From Bdellovibrionales bacterium (GTDB lineage: Bacteria > Bdellovibrionota > Bdellovibrionia > Bdellovibrionales > JAUICD01): a DNA stretch of 64,000 bases. Positions 52,214-62,263 of this stretch are shown in pieces; position 1 is the first letter of the stretch; every line of letters begins with the position of its first letter. The position numbers were made by a program, and so were the translations under genes. The stretch covers positions 1 to 64,000 of the forward strand of contig CBDANC010000013.1 of NCBI GenBank assembly GCA_965197425.1. Reading direction: 5' to 3'. The notes beneath the pieces are model-generated. The model saw nothing but the letters and a program-made list of their open reading frames with translations. It searched no databases and had not been told where the DNA came from.

Positions 52214-53032
52214 ATGATATTAACAAGTAAACTAAAAACTCAAAGTAAAAAAAGCGCAGAGCTTATTTTGAATATGATTTATGAAGCTAAAAGTGGTCAT
52301 CCCGGCAGTTCACTTTCTGCAATAGACATTATTACCACACTGTTTTTTTCAGAGATGAACTTTGATCCAAAAAATCCAAGTGATCCGAACAGAGATAGAT
52401 TTGTTTTAAGCAAAGGACATGCAGTCCCTGCACTATATGCTACTCTGGCTTATTCAGGTTTTTTCCCTCCTGAAGATACTTTAAGTTTAAGAAAATTAAA
52501 TAGCCCATTCCAAGGTCATCCCGATAAGGTCAGACTTCCAGCTGTTGAAGCATCTACCGGATCACTGGGACAAGGATTATCCGTGGCCATTGGTATGAGT
52601 TTATCAGCTAAACTAGATAACAGAGATAACAGAGTATATTGCCTAATAGGAGATGGTGAATCACAAGAAGGTCAAATTTGGGAGGCCATACTATACGCTG
52701 GAAACCGCAAGTTGGATAATCTATGTGTAATACTTGACTGGAACAAATATCAAATAGATGGAAAGGTAACAGACATAATGAGTCTCGAACCAATTAAGGA
52801 TAAATTTAAAGCATTTAAATGGAATGTTTTAAAAGTAAATGGACATAGTTTTACAGCAATGATAAGAGCATTTAAGAAAGCAAAATCAATAAAAAAACCT
52901 ACCATAATCATTGCAGACACCGTTAAAGGCAAGGGTGTTGATTTCATGGAAAAAGATAACAAATGGCATGGTGTAGCACCCAATAAACAAGAACTTGAAA
53001 AAGCTCTTAAGCAAATAAGAGGTCACAAATGA
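52214..53032 (+). CDS. Transketolase N-terminal subunit
   Basis: SGHPGSSLS, DRFVLSKGHA, TGSLGQG, GDGESQEGQIWEA. Confidence 0.94.
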   Translation: MILTSKLKTQSKKSAELILNMIYEAKSGHPGSSLSAIDIITTLFFSEMNFDPKNPSDPNRDRFVLSKGHAVPALYATLAYSGFFPPEDTLSLRKLNSPFQGHPDKVRLPAVEASTGSLGQGLSVAIGMSLSAKLDNRDNRVYCLIGDGESQEGQIWEAILYAGNRKLDNLCVILDWNKYQIDGKVTDIMSLEPIKDKFKAFKWNVLKVNGHSFTAMIRAFKKAKSIKKPTIIIADTVKGKGVDFMEKDNKWHGVAPNKQELEKALKQIRGHK

Positions 53033-53952
53033 AAGCCACAAGAGCAAGTTTTGGCGAAGCTTTACTAGAATATGGAGGAGCTAACAAAAATGTAGTTGTC
53101 TTAGATGCAGATCTTTCAAAAAGTACAAAGTCAGCAAGCTTTGCAAAAAAATATCCGGACAGATTTTTTCAAATGGGAATACAAGAAGCCAATATGATAG
53201 GCGTAGCATGTGGTATGGCATTTGACGGAAAAATTCCATTTCTCTGCTCTTTTGGAGCTTTTTTAACAGGAAGGTTCGACACAATCCGATTAAGCGTCGG
53301 ATACTCGAATGCAAATGTTAGACTCATAGGAACACATGCAGGAGTAGGAGTTGGTGAAGATGGAACATCTCAAATGGCACTAGAAGATATAGCATGTATG
53401 AGATCCATACCTAACATGAACATTCTATCTCCTTCCGATGATCTGGAAACCAAACAAATGATTAAATATCTAATACAAGAACACAAAGGACCCGCCTATG
53501 TACGCTTAACCAGACAGAATGTTAATACTGTTTTTAACAAAGATTATAAATTTTGTTTTAATAAAATAACTAACTTAACACAAGGTGGAGATGCAGCTGT
53601 ATTTGCAACAGGAAATCAAACAAGTCTGGCAATGGATGCTTACAACAAGCTAAAAGAAGATGGTATAAGCATATCTGTAAATAATGTTCATACAATAAAA
53701 CCACTAGATACCTCTTTTATAAAAGAAATAATAAGTAATTATTCTTATATTTTTACGGCAGAAGATCACAATATAATAGGAGGGCTGGGTAGTGCTGTAG
53801 CAGATGTGATGAGTGAAATAGGCACAAGCTCAAAATTAACTAAAATAGGTATCCCCGATGTGTTTGGAGAAAGCGGAACACAAACTGAACTTTACAAAAA
53901 ATATGGCCTAGACGCTTGTGGTATAGCAAATACTATCAAAACAACCCTATAA
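53029..53952 (+). CDS. Transketolase C-terminal subunit
   Basis: LDADLSKST, GIQEANM, GEDG, IKPLD, EDHNIIGGLG. Confidence 0.94.
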   Translation: MKATRASFGEALLEYGGANKNVVVLDADLSKSTKSASFAKKYPDRFFQMGIQEANMIGVACGMAFDGKIPFLCSFGAFLTGRFDTIRLSVGYSNANVRLIGTHAGVGVGEDGTSQMALEDIACMRSIPNMNILSPSDDLETKQMIKYLIQEHKGPAYVRLTRQNVNTVFNKDYKFCFNKITNLTQGGDAAVFATGNQTSLAMDAYNKLKEDGISISVNNVHTIKPLDTSFIKEIISNYSYIFTAEDHNIIGGLGSAVADVMSEIGTSSKLTKIGIPDVFGESGTQTELYKKYGLDACGIANTIKTTL

Positions 53953-54007
53953 AAATAGCTAAGTATATTTTTCTAAACAGAATTTATTTTAATCTTACTA
54001 AGTGCTA

Positions 54008-54523
54008 TTATTTTGGGTAAGAGATTAATTTATTGAAAGGTAAGTATCGTTTTGGATCTATAACAGTTTTGTTGTGCATTAATTCAAAATGTAGGTGAGT
54101 CCCAGTAACAACACCTGTACTACCCATAGTACCAATAACATCCCCTCTTGAAACAAACATTTTTGCTTTAGCTAGGTTTTTATCTAAGTGTGCATATAAT
54201 GTAGCCCAACCTTTTCCACTATCCAAAAGCACCATTTTTCCATAGCCACTATACCCGTTGCCACTATAGATAACATATCCACTGTGGGCTGCTAAAATAG
54301 GTGAACTGTGGGCCCCTACTATGTCAATCCCATGATGTCCTTTTTCATAACCTCTTGAAACTGTGGTCCCAATACCAACAGGCCAAGAAATTAAAGTATA
54401 GTCCTCTTCTTCTGCTGGCATTACTTTTTCTAGCCCATTAAGCCTAGAATTTTTTTTATCAGCAGAGGAGCAAGCTGTTGTGATAGAAAAAAGCAAACAT
54501 AATTTAGTGATCGATCTTAACAA
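54008..54523 (-). CDS. M23 family peptidase lipoprotein
   Basis: LLFSITTAC lipobox; HHGID, LYAHL, GSTG...HLHFE; TTG start inferred. Confidence 0.88.
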   Translation of the reverse strand: MLRSITKLCLLFSITTACSSADKKNSRLNGLEKVMPAEEEDYTLISWPVGIGTTVSRGYEKGHHGIDIVGAHSSPILAAHSGYVIYSGNGYSGYGKMVLLDSGKGWATLYAHLDKNLAKAKMFVSRGDVIGTMGSTGVVTGTHLHFELMHNKTVIDPKRYLPFNKLISYPK

Positions 54524-55493
54524 TTGTTCTTCCCCATGTTTTTCTCTCAAGCATTTTAGCAAAGACCTCATCTAGCTCATCTAGGCTTATTTCATTATAT
54601 ATGTCCAAACAATCTGGCTTTAGTTCATTTGCCAGTTTTGACCAAATAGATTTTTTTAACTCCATATCACAATTATTTGAACTTATTCCCAATATACTAA
54701 CACCTCTTAGTATAAACGGCATAACGGTAGTATTGATTTTGAAACCAGAAGCTAGACCAACGGACGCAATATTACCCCATAAATTTATGTGCGGTATTAA
54801 GCTTGTCAATACATCACCACCTAGATTGTCAACCGCTCCCCCAAACATTCCTTTGCCCAAAGGTTTTAAAGCGTCTAAGTTCAGTTTACCTAATGTAGTA
54901 ACTTTAGAAGCGCCTAATTTTGTTAAAAAATCAAACTGTTCAAGTTTAGAAGTCATAGCAATGACTTCATATCCAAGTTTACTAAATAGATTTATAGCAA
55001 AAGATCCAACACCTCCGGTTGCACCTGTTACCAAAATAGGACCCTTGTCAGGACTCTGTCCATTTACCAGCATTCTGTGTACACAAAGTGCAGCGGTAAA
55101 ACCAGCGGTACCCAGTATCATAGATTCTTTTAATGTCAAACCATCAGGTTTTTTTATAAGAAATTTTTGGTGTATATTTACAATTTGAGAATATCCCCCA
55201 TCTATAATCTCACTTAAACCATTACCGTTTGCCAAAACCTCATCACCAGGTTTAAATTCATCAGATCCACTGGATAAAACCACACCTGAAAAATCAATTC
55301 CTCCATTTAAAGGAAATTTTTTTAAAATTCTTCCTTTACCTGTTCCAGCAAGAGCATCTTTATAATTTACACTGGAATATATTACCTTTACCTGAACATC
55401 TGCTTTAGGTATATCAGAAGAGTCAATGTAAACCACCTTTCCTTTAGAACGGAAAGCAACATCATTATCAATTCTATAGCATTTTACTTTCAT
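54504..55493 (-). CDS. YhdH/AcuI-family NADPH oxidoreductase
   Basis: YSSVNYKDALA, GTAGFTAAL, VTGATGGVGS, TVMPFILRGV. Confidence 0.92.
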   Translation of the reverse strand: MKVKCYRIDNDVAFRSKGKVVYIDSSDIPKADVQVKVIYSSVNYKDALAGTGKGRILKKFPLNGGIDFSGVVLSSGSDEFKPGDEVLANGNGLSEIIDGGYSQIVNIHQKFLIKKPDGLTLKESMILGTAGFTAALCVHRMLVNGQSPDKGPILVTGATGGVGSFAINLFSKLGYEVIAMTSKLEQFDFLTKLGASKVTTLGKLNLDALKPLGKGMFGGAVDNLGGDVLTSLIPHINLWGNIASVGLASGFKINTTVMPFILRGVSILGISSNNCDMELKKSIWSKLANELKPDCLDIYNEISLDELDEVFAKMLERKTWGRTIVKIDH

Positions 55494-55496
55494 GAT

Positions 55497-56309
55497 TTAT
55501 GCTTGTATGTCGAACTCTCTTAGTGCAGAAGTAAGAGAAGTTTTTTTATCTGAACTTTTTGTCCTCTCACCTATTATCATAGCACATGGAATATAATAAT
55601 CACCGCTTGGAAAAGTCTTTTTCCTGGTGCCGGGGATAACAACAGAGTTTTTGGGAACTTTTCCCTTTATATACTTAGCTTCTTTTGATCTTACATCAAC
55701 AATAGGGGTACTCTTTGTTATGGTTACTCCAGCACCCAAAATGGCACCTTCTTCTATTATTACACCTTCAACTACAATACATCTACTTCCAATAAATACA
55801 TTGTCTTCTACCACAACAGGTCTTGCTTGTAGCGGCTCTAAAACTCCGCCTATACCTACACCACCAGATAAATGAACATTTTTACCAATACTAGCACAAC
55901 TACCAACAGTAGCCCATGTGTCAACCATTGTGCCACTACCTACACGAGCCCCTATATTGACATAACTTGGCATAAGTACAGCACTCTTATCTACATAAGC
56001 ACCATATCTTACCACTGCATGAGGCACCACCCTTACTTCATCCTTAGGCTCAAATTCTTTTACTGGAATTTTATCTAAAAAATGTAAATCACCAGCAGTT
56101 ATAGGTTTAATTTTGCTAAGTTTGAAATACAAAAGTATTGCCTTTTTAACCCACTCATTTACCTGCCAATTATCCTGTACTTTCTCACAAACCCTAATCT
56201 GGCCTTTATCCAGTGACTCAATGGTAGAAAACACCACATCTTTTGCAGACTCAGGGTTGTTAGTATCATATGCCTTATTTATAATTTCTTCTTTACTCAT
56301 TGCTACCAT
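55497..56309 (-). CDS. dapD: Tetrahydrodipicolinate N-succinyltransferase
   Basis: VNEWVKKAILLYF, MPSYVNIGA, DTWATVGSCA, GGVLEPLQA. Confidence 0.95.
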   Translation of the reverse strand: MVAMSKEEIINKAYDTNNPESAKDVVFSTIESLDKGQIRVCEKVQDNWQVNEWVKKAILLYFKLSKIKPITAGDLHFLDKIPVKEFEPKDEVRVVPHAVVRYGAYVDKSAVLMPSYVNIGARVGSGTMVDTWATVGSCASIGKNVHLSGGVGIGGVLEPLQARPVVVEDNVFIGSRCIVVEGVIIEEGAILGAGVTITKSTPIVDVRSKEAKYIKGKVPKNSVVIPGTRKKTFPSGDYYIPCAMIIGERTKSSDKKTSLTSALREFDIQA

Positions 56310-56952
56310 AGATTTCTTTAAGAGTGTTCAAAAGAGCTGGTAAATGAACTTTGATAATTTTCTCTACCTCAAGATCCCTTTGTATTTCATAAGTTATTAC
56401 AGGTATTCCCCTCTCTGTGCCATAAGTTCCGAGGTTACCAGGAGTTGGATATCCTATATAGTCCTTTATTTCATATCCAGTATATTTTTGTAATTTTTTA
56501 GCAAAACCTAAACAATCACCATTAATGTTTATCATTGGGTCGTAGGAGTGTAAGCTCACAATTATACTTGGCTTTTCTTTATCTATAAGCTTAGTCAGCG
56601 CTTTTGTCTCAGACTGATTGTTAGCTGATTTTCCAGGGTTATATCTAGGCTTTGCTATCTTGGGACTCCAATCTTTTGTAGGAAGATTTCTGTTTAAATC
56701 CACACCATTTGCATTTACCCTGGTTTTCATAAGCATTCCATCATAGTTAAGTACAGGTATTAGAGTTATATTTGCATTTATATTTGCTAGTTTACAGATA
56801 AGACCTGTGGCTAGTGCTATACCTTCATATTCATCACCATGAACTCCACCAATTATCAGTACATTAGGCCCTGAATTTTTAAACTTATGTGCCACTATAG
56901 GAATGTTGTTTTCTGTATTACCAATTATAAAACCCGAAAAATTAGAATCCAT
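56293..56952 (-). CDS. M14 zinc carboxypeptidase (murein peptide amidase MpaA-like)
   Basis: GGVHGDE, NANGVDLNRN, SLHS, IGYPTPGNLGTY. Confidence 0.82.
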   Translation of the reverse strand: MDSNFSGFIIGNTENNIPIVAHKFKNSGPNVLIIGGVHGDEYEGIALATGLICKLANINANITLIPVLNYDGMLMKTRVNANGVDLNRNLPTKDWSPKIAKPRYNPGKSANNQSETKALTKLIDKEKPSIIVSLHSYDPMININGDCLGFAKKLQKYTGYEIKDYIGYPTPGNLGTYGTERGIPVITYEIQRDLEVEKIIKVHLPALLNTLKEIYGSNE

Positions 56953-57043
56953 AGTACATAACTATATATTGCTTACATCTTTTTAGATCAAATTAAAATT
57001 CTAAAACTTGAACTTAAACCTAAATTCTGCTTAATAGATACAA

Positions 57044-58243
57044 ATGAAAAAAATAACAGTGAAAAAATTTGGAGGAACCTCTTTAGGAACACTGGATAGG
57101 ATTGAGGATGTTGCAAAAAGAGTCCTGGAGGATAAAGCAAATCAAAATCCTGTTGTAGTCGTATCAGCTATGTCTGGAGAAACAAACAAGCTGGTTGATA
57201 TGGCAGATACAATGTATCCAGGATACCGAGGGCCTTGCTATGACATGATCTTGGCCTCGGGTGAACAAGTAAGTGTTGGATTGCTTTGCATGGCAATAGA
57301 AAAAGCAGGGGGAAGTGCAAAACCACTTTTAGCCCACCAGCTTGGTATTTTTACTGACAGTGTATTTTCAAAGGCTAGGATAACCAAAATAGAGACAGAT
57401 AAAATTAAAGACGCACTAAGCAAAGGACAAATACCTGTGATTGCGGGTTTTCAAGGGATAGACAACAATGGGAATATAACAACTCTAGGAAGAGGTGGTA
57501 CGGATACTTCTGCTGTGGCACTGGCCTGTTCTCTAAATACAGACGAATGCGAAATTTATACAGATGTACCAGCTGTATTCACTGCTGATCCAAGATTAGT
57601 ACACAACGCAAAAGAGGTGCACAAAATATCGTTTGAAGAAATGATGGAAATGGCAAGTTTGGGATCTAAAATTTTACACACCAGAAGTGTGGAGCTAGCA
57701 TCCAAATTTAAAATAAAAATACATGTAAGATCGACTTTTAAAAAAAGAAATGGTACATGGGTTGTACCAAAGGAATCTTATATGGAAGAATCTACAATCA
57801 CTGCTGTTACGCACGACACAAGCTCTGCTGTCATAAAACTCTACCCCCTACCCCTTGGAGTTCACATACTATCCGAAATTTTCAGTAAACTAGCTAAGGA
57901 AAATATAGTTGTAGATATAATCACACAAAGTTATAAAGATGAAAAACAAAGATTGGCATTTTCTGTATCTAAAGAAGACGCACCACACGCTCTAAAATTA
58001 CTAAAAAAAATGCTCCCTGATGTAGAAGCCACCCTAATGGAAAATGTTGCAAAGGTTGGTATTGTAGGCATTGGAATGAAGACTCATTTTGGAGTGGCTG
58101 CTAAGTTTTTTTCTACTTTTTCAGAAAACAATATTCCAATTCATTTGGTAACCACTTCTGAGATAAAAATAAGCTCAATAATAGACTTACAGCACTTGAA
58201 ACTTGCCGTGAATAGTTTGCACAAGTCTTTTAACCTATCTTAG
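57044..58243 (+). CDS. lysC: Aspartate kinase
   Basis: KFGGTS, VVVVSAM, TTLGRGGTD, ADPR, TSEIKIS. Confidence 0.95.
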   Translation: MKKITVKKFGGTSLGTLDRIEDVAKRVLEDKANQNPVVVVSAMSGETNKLVDMADTMYPGYRGPCYDMILASGEQVSVGLLCMAIEKAGGSAKPLLAHQLGIFTDSVFSKARITKIETDKIKDALSKGQIPVIAGFQGIDNNGNITTLGRGGTDTSAVALACSLNTDECEIYTDVPAVFTADPRLVHNAKEVHKISFEEMMEMASLGSKILHTRSVELASKFKIKIHVRSTFKKRNGTWVVPKESYMEESTITAVTHDTSSAVIKLYPLPLGVHILSEIFSKLAKENIVVDIITQSYKDEKQRLAFSVSKEDAPHALKLLKKMLPDVEATLMENVAKVGIVGIGMKTHFGVAAKFFSTFSENNIPIHLVTTSEIKISSIIDLQHLKLAVNSLHKSFNLS

Positions 58244-58250
58244 GAATGTT

Positions 58251-59417
58251 ATGGTCTATAAAAAAAACAAACTTTATTTATCTAATATTTGTCTGATAGA
58301 TCTAGTTAAAACTTACAAAGTTCCTATATATGTATATTCCAAAAAGATTATTTCAAATAATTTAACAAATTTTAAAAATGCATTTAAGGGTAAGGCTAAG
58401 ATTTTCTTTGCACTTAAAAGTAACTCTAACAAACAGATCTTATCTTTTTTAAAGTCAAAAGGTATTGGAATAGATGCTGTATCCTTAGGTGAGATAAAAC
58501 TTGCAATCTCAAATGGATTTCAACCTGCAAATATAATATTCTCAGGTGTAGGAAAAACTGAAGAAGAAATTAAGTTTGCAATTAAAACTGGCATTCAAAT
58601 CAATGTTGAAAGCCCTCAAGAATTAGAACGAGCTGGAAAACTTAGCCAAAAACTTAAAAAAAATGTTTTTATAGGTTTGCGTTTTAATCCGGATGTGAAC
58701 CCTGAAACTCATCCATATATTACTACAGGATTTAGAGAGAATAAATTTGGCATGGCCAATTATTTTATTCCAATATTGACCACCATTTTAAAAAAATACA
58801 AAACACTATCTTTAAGAGGGGTAACTTTGCACATAGGGTCTCAACTATTAAAGACAGATGTAATAGGAGAGGCTATCAAAAAAACCATACCAGTCTATAA
58901 GTACTTTCAATCCCTTGGATATGAATTGGACAGATTTAATGTAGGGGGAGGTATAGGGATTAAATATCAAAAAACAGATATTAAAGTCGACATTAATTCG
59001 TATGGAAAAATGATCCTAGAGCTTTTAAAAGATCTAGATTGTGATATTTGTTGTGAGCCTGGCAGGTATATAGTGGGAAATGCTGGTGTGTTGATAACCA
59101 GAATCGAATACATAAAACAAACTCCCTATAAAAATTTTGTAATAACAGACACAGGAATGCACCATTTTTTAAGACCAGCGTTGTATGGTGCGTACCATGA
59201 AATTCTCCCGCTAATAAAAACAAGAGGAGAAAAGATAATGTACGATGTGGTTGGGCCCATATGTGAGTCTTCTGACTTTCTAGGAAAAATGAGAGTTTTT
59301 AGTGGGATAAAACAAGGTGACTTTCTGGCAATAGCAAATACCGGAGCCTACGGATATGTCTTAGTCAACAACTATAACGAACATCCTAAGCCTAAAGAAA
59401 TATTCAAAAGCCTTTAG
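58251..59417 (+). CDS. lysA: Diaminopimelate decarboxylase
   Basis: FALKSN, NKFG, HIGSQ, EPGR, GPICESSD. Confidence 0.94.
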   Translation: MVYKKNKLYLSNICLIDLVKTYKVPIYVYSKKIISNNLTNFKNAFKGKAKIFFALKSNSNKQILSFLKSKGIGIDAVSLGEIKLAISNGFQPANIIFSGVGKTEEEIKFAIKTGIQINVESPQELERAGKLSQKLKKNVFIGLRFNPDVNPETHPYITTGFRENKFGMANYFIPILTTILKKYKTLSLRGVTLHIGSQLLKTDVIGEAIKKTIPVYKYFQSLGYELDRFNVGGGIGIKYQKTDIKVDINSYGKMILELLKDLDCDICCEPGRYIVGNAGVLITRIEYIKQTPYKNFVITDTGMHHFLRPALYGAYHEILPLIKTRGEKIMYDVVGPICESSDFLGKMRVFSGIKQGDFLAIANTGAYGYVLVNNYNEHPKPKEIFKSL

Positions 59418-59534
59418 TACAAGTGACCTTGGTATTGATCTTTATTGCAATTAAATAAATCTAGTCCAAAATCGGTACACAAAAGTTTATTTTCAAAACT
59501 ACAATATGCAATGGATTAAATTTGTGAGGTAGGT

Positions 59535-60215
59535 TTGGATTTAGATTTTAATCAAGTTAACTTTGGTGCGGAAGCAGAGCTAAATAATATAGAAGTAGAA
59601 AAATCTGGTGAACCCAGACTATACGATACACTAGAAGACTTTTTTAATTATAACTACAATGGAAACTGGAGTTTTGTAAAGTACCAAGGCCGTACCTCCA
59701 TGATCACTGGAGGGCGAGTAACAGGAGTAGGTACAAGTGAGGAAAGTTTACTTGGGTTTGGACACATTATAGGCCAGTACTTTCAGGTGCCATATGAACA
59801 GCTTCCACAAATTATGTTAGTGTCGACAACCAGTAAAGCAAGACACTATTATATACCTCAGGTAATAGATGGGTTGCAGGTTTACAACTCAGGAATTCAA
59901 CTATCTGTTGATCTGGAATCAAACTCCATATTTCAAATAGGAAGCACATTAAGAAATCCACAGAATATAGATGAATCTATACATGTGGACCAAATACATG
60001 CATGGGAAATTATAACAAGTTCATTTAAAGAATCTGTTATAAAACTAGATAGTCCCTATAAACCTGTGATCTACTCTGATTATGCAGTTTCAGGAGCAGA
60101 ATTAGCGTGGGTGTTTAAAATAAAAGTGCACTCACAAATAGACCAACAAAGAACAGTAGTAATCGGCGCTGCAACAGGCTTCATACTAGTAAACTCCAAA
60201 TTAGTAATACACTGA
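59535..60215 (+). CDS. Hypothetical protein resembling an FTP/PepSY protease propeptide
   Basis: HYYIPQVIDGLQVYNS (FTP-like); LAWVFKI...VVIGAATGFIL (PepSY-like); no HExxH. Confidence 0.5.
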   Translation: MDLDFNQVNFGAEAELNNIEVEKSGEPRLYDTLEDFFNYNYNGNWSFVKYQGRTSMITGGRVTGVGTSEESLLGFGHIIGQYFQVPYEQLPQIMLVSTTSKARHYYIPQVIDGLQVYNSGIQLSVDLESNSIFQIGSTLRNPQNIDESIHVDQIHAWEIITSSFKESVIKLDSPYKPVIYSDYAVSGAELAWVFKIKVHSQIDQQRTVVIGAATGFILVNSKLVIH

Positions 60216-60218
60216 CCT

Positions 60219-60458
60219 TAAAGGTCTTCCGAACGAAGCCAAAAATAAGTGGACTTGTTCACTTTGGTTCAATTGGCTTACGAGATAAACCTTTATATTG
60301 TCCAATTGGATGAACCTCCTTTGCAGTCGGTTTTTCCAATTGAAATAACCTCCCTGCGGTCGGTTTTTTGACTGAGTGGTTGCCCAGCTTTGGAACAAGA
60401 TGCCAATCCCGTCACTAAAGGTAAGCTTAATGAGGCAAAAAACAAACAAAGCTTCACT
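60219..60458 (+). repeat. Modular hairpin element with internal duplication and partial second module
   Basis: TAAAGGTCTTCCGAACGAAGCCAAAAATAAG...TCCAATTG..AACCTCC..GTCGGTTTT twice...GAGTGGTTGCCCAGCTTTGGAACAAGATGCC...TAAAGGTAAGCTTAATGAGGC. Confidence 0.9.
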
Positions 60459-60536
60459 TGATCCAACTGGCTATATTATTAAAATTTATATTTGCCCACT
60501 GAAAGAACCAGCAGAGCTGGTTTATTGGCCTCGTTT

Positions 60537-61193
60537 TTAAATACCTGTAGCTTGTAGTATAGGTTGTATGTTACTAAAATCTGAAATTCTGATCCCTTTG
60601 TAGCATGAGAAAATATTTTTGTTTAGATCATGTGCTCTGAGTATAAAAGCAACCCCAATTTTATTAGCAGTATCAAGATCAGTTTTAGCATCACCAATAA
60701 ACACAGTTTGTTTTTTATCTAGTTTATACTTATCTAAAATTTCGTTACACCAATCAACTTTATTTTTAGGCGAGCCACAGATTTCTTTAAAAAATTTATC
60801 TATTTCCAGTGCTTTGCAAATTTTTAAAAGTTCATGATGTGGAGTGCCTGAGATAATAGAAAAGTGCATTTGAGAATAATTTTTTGTTATAAAGGTTTTT
60901 ACTCCTTTAATAAACGGAGCATTCGATACATTAGAAACCACTAATTTTGAAAATCTATTAGAAAGAGCATCTATTTGTTCACCAGATAATTCTTGATTTA
61001 GTAATTTTTTATGATAGCTTTTAAATTTTTTTTGCCTGGCAATTCCACCCTCAGCAGTGTAATACTCAAAAACCTTATTAGCTACGTCATTTCCATATGG
61101 CTTATACAGTTCATAAAAAGCCCAAGCTTTAATCTCGTTGCTTTCTACTATTACACCATCAAAATCAAATAATATATTTTTTATCATAACCAC
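60537..61193 (-). CDS. HAD-IA family hydrolase
   Basis: FDFDGVIVES, ISGTP, GSP.NK, IGDAKTD. Confidence 0.9.
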   Translation of the reverse strand: MVMIKNILFDFDGVIVESNEIKAWAFYELYKPYGNDVANKVFEYYTAEGGIARQKKFKSYHKKLLNQELSGEQIDALSNRFSKLVVSNVSNAPFIKGVKTFITKNYSQMHFSIISGTPHHELLKICKALEIDKFFKEICGSPKNKVDWCNEILDKYKLDKKQTVFIGDAKTDLDTANKIGVAFILRAHDLNKNIFSCYKGIRISDFSNIQPILQATGI

Positions 61194-61373
61194 GTCTTAT
61201 AAATAAGAAAAAATGTTAAGTACAATATATCTTAATTATTAAATATCTCAATTATTAAGGATTAAAAACTTGAAATTCTAGCTAAGGATTCTTATCCTAT
61301 TTTTAGCTATATGACAACATTGGTATACTTGTGTTAATAGTGTACTTTTGTTAAAATTTTAAAGGTATTAAAA

Positions 61374-62117
61374 ATGACAAAATTTAAAACACAAATAATT
61401 ATTCTAGCAATTTTGCTGGTCTCAGGCCCAGTTCATTCTTGGGAACCATCTTACTGGTTCGGCGGCGGCGGGATCGTGACAAATTACAGAGGTGATTTTT
61501 TTAATAGAACAGCTTCTGAACCACAATGGCCGATTAACCTGGGAATTACGGCTAACGTTGGAATAACTTTAGGTTTAACAGAATCCCTAGGTATACACAC
61601 ACAAACAGGCTTGTCTCATAACAGAGTAAATATATTTAATATCTCTGACTCTACCAACAAACGCAAAAGGGGTACTCAACTAGCAATGACATCGGTAGAT
61701 CTATCTCCTATGTTAAGACTCTACCTTACTGGCGTTTCACCAAATTTATATATTGGATTGGGATTTAATGTTTCATATCTAATTAAATGCTCAAAAGAGG
61801 GTTTTGATAAGGGAACAACGACTGATGAGTCTGGTGTACAAACTCTTAGTAACGAAAATTTTGTTTCCACAAATTGTTTAGATCCAAATATACAAACTAA
61901 TCAGGTTACACTTGATGTACCATGGTTACTGAAGAGATTTAATTTTGGCTTAACCGCAGGTGTTGGTATGGGCTATAGAAGCTCTGATAACATATACTTA
62001 TCTTTTGACTGTACCTACACATATGGGCTTAGTCCTTCCATAATAAGTGGAGCTCAATTTGGTAATCTTAAAACACAAAACATTTTGCTAACAGTAAATG
62101 TGGGTATTCCTATATAA
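61374..62117 (+). CDS. Outer-membrane beta-barrel (porin-family) protein
   Basis: Signal peptide; YIGLG, FNFGLTAGVG, YTYGLS strands. Confidence 0.7.
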   Translation: MTKFKTQIIILAILLVSGPVHSWEPSYWFGGGGIVTNYRGDFFNRTASEPQWPINLGITANVGITLGLTESLGIHTQTGLSHNRVNIFNISDSTNKRKRGTQLAMTSVDLSPMLRLYLTGVSPNLYIGLGFNVSYLIKCSKEGFDKGTTTDESGVQTLSNENFVSTNCLDPNIQTNQVTLDVPWLLKRFNFGLTAGVGMGYRSSDNIYLSFDCTYTYGLSPSIISGAQFGNLKTQNILLTVNVGIPI

Positions 62118-62255
62118 AAGGTCTTCCCCAACACTGATTGAGCCTAGCAAACAAACCGACTTGTTGGTTTTTTGCTAGGCGAATTACGTTTTGACACAGC
62201 CACTTAAAGTCTAAAACGGAACTAAGACTTTTTGGCCTCGTTCGGAAGACCTTTA
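62117..62255. mobile_element. MITE-like element with terminal inverted repeats
   Basis: AAAGGTCTTCC (62117-62127) ... GGAAGACCTTT (62244-62254); non-coding, between convergent genes. Confidence 0.65.
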
Positions 62256-62263
62256 ATGTTATT

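Noticed and set aside
54601..55188. Long antisense ORFs (also 20106..20504, 38798..39199, 43485..43856 and others)
   Set aside because: Shadows of well-supported genes on the opposite strand, with no motifs of their own
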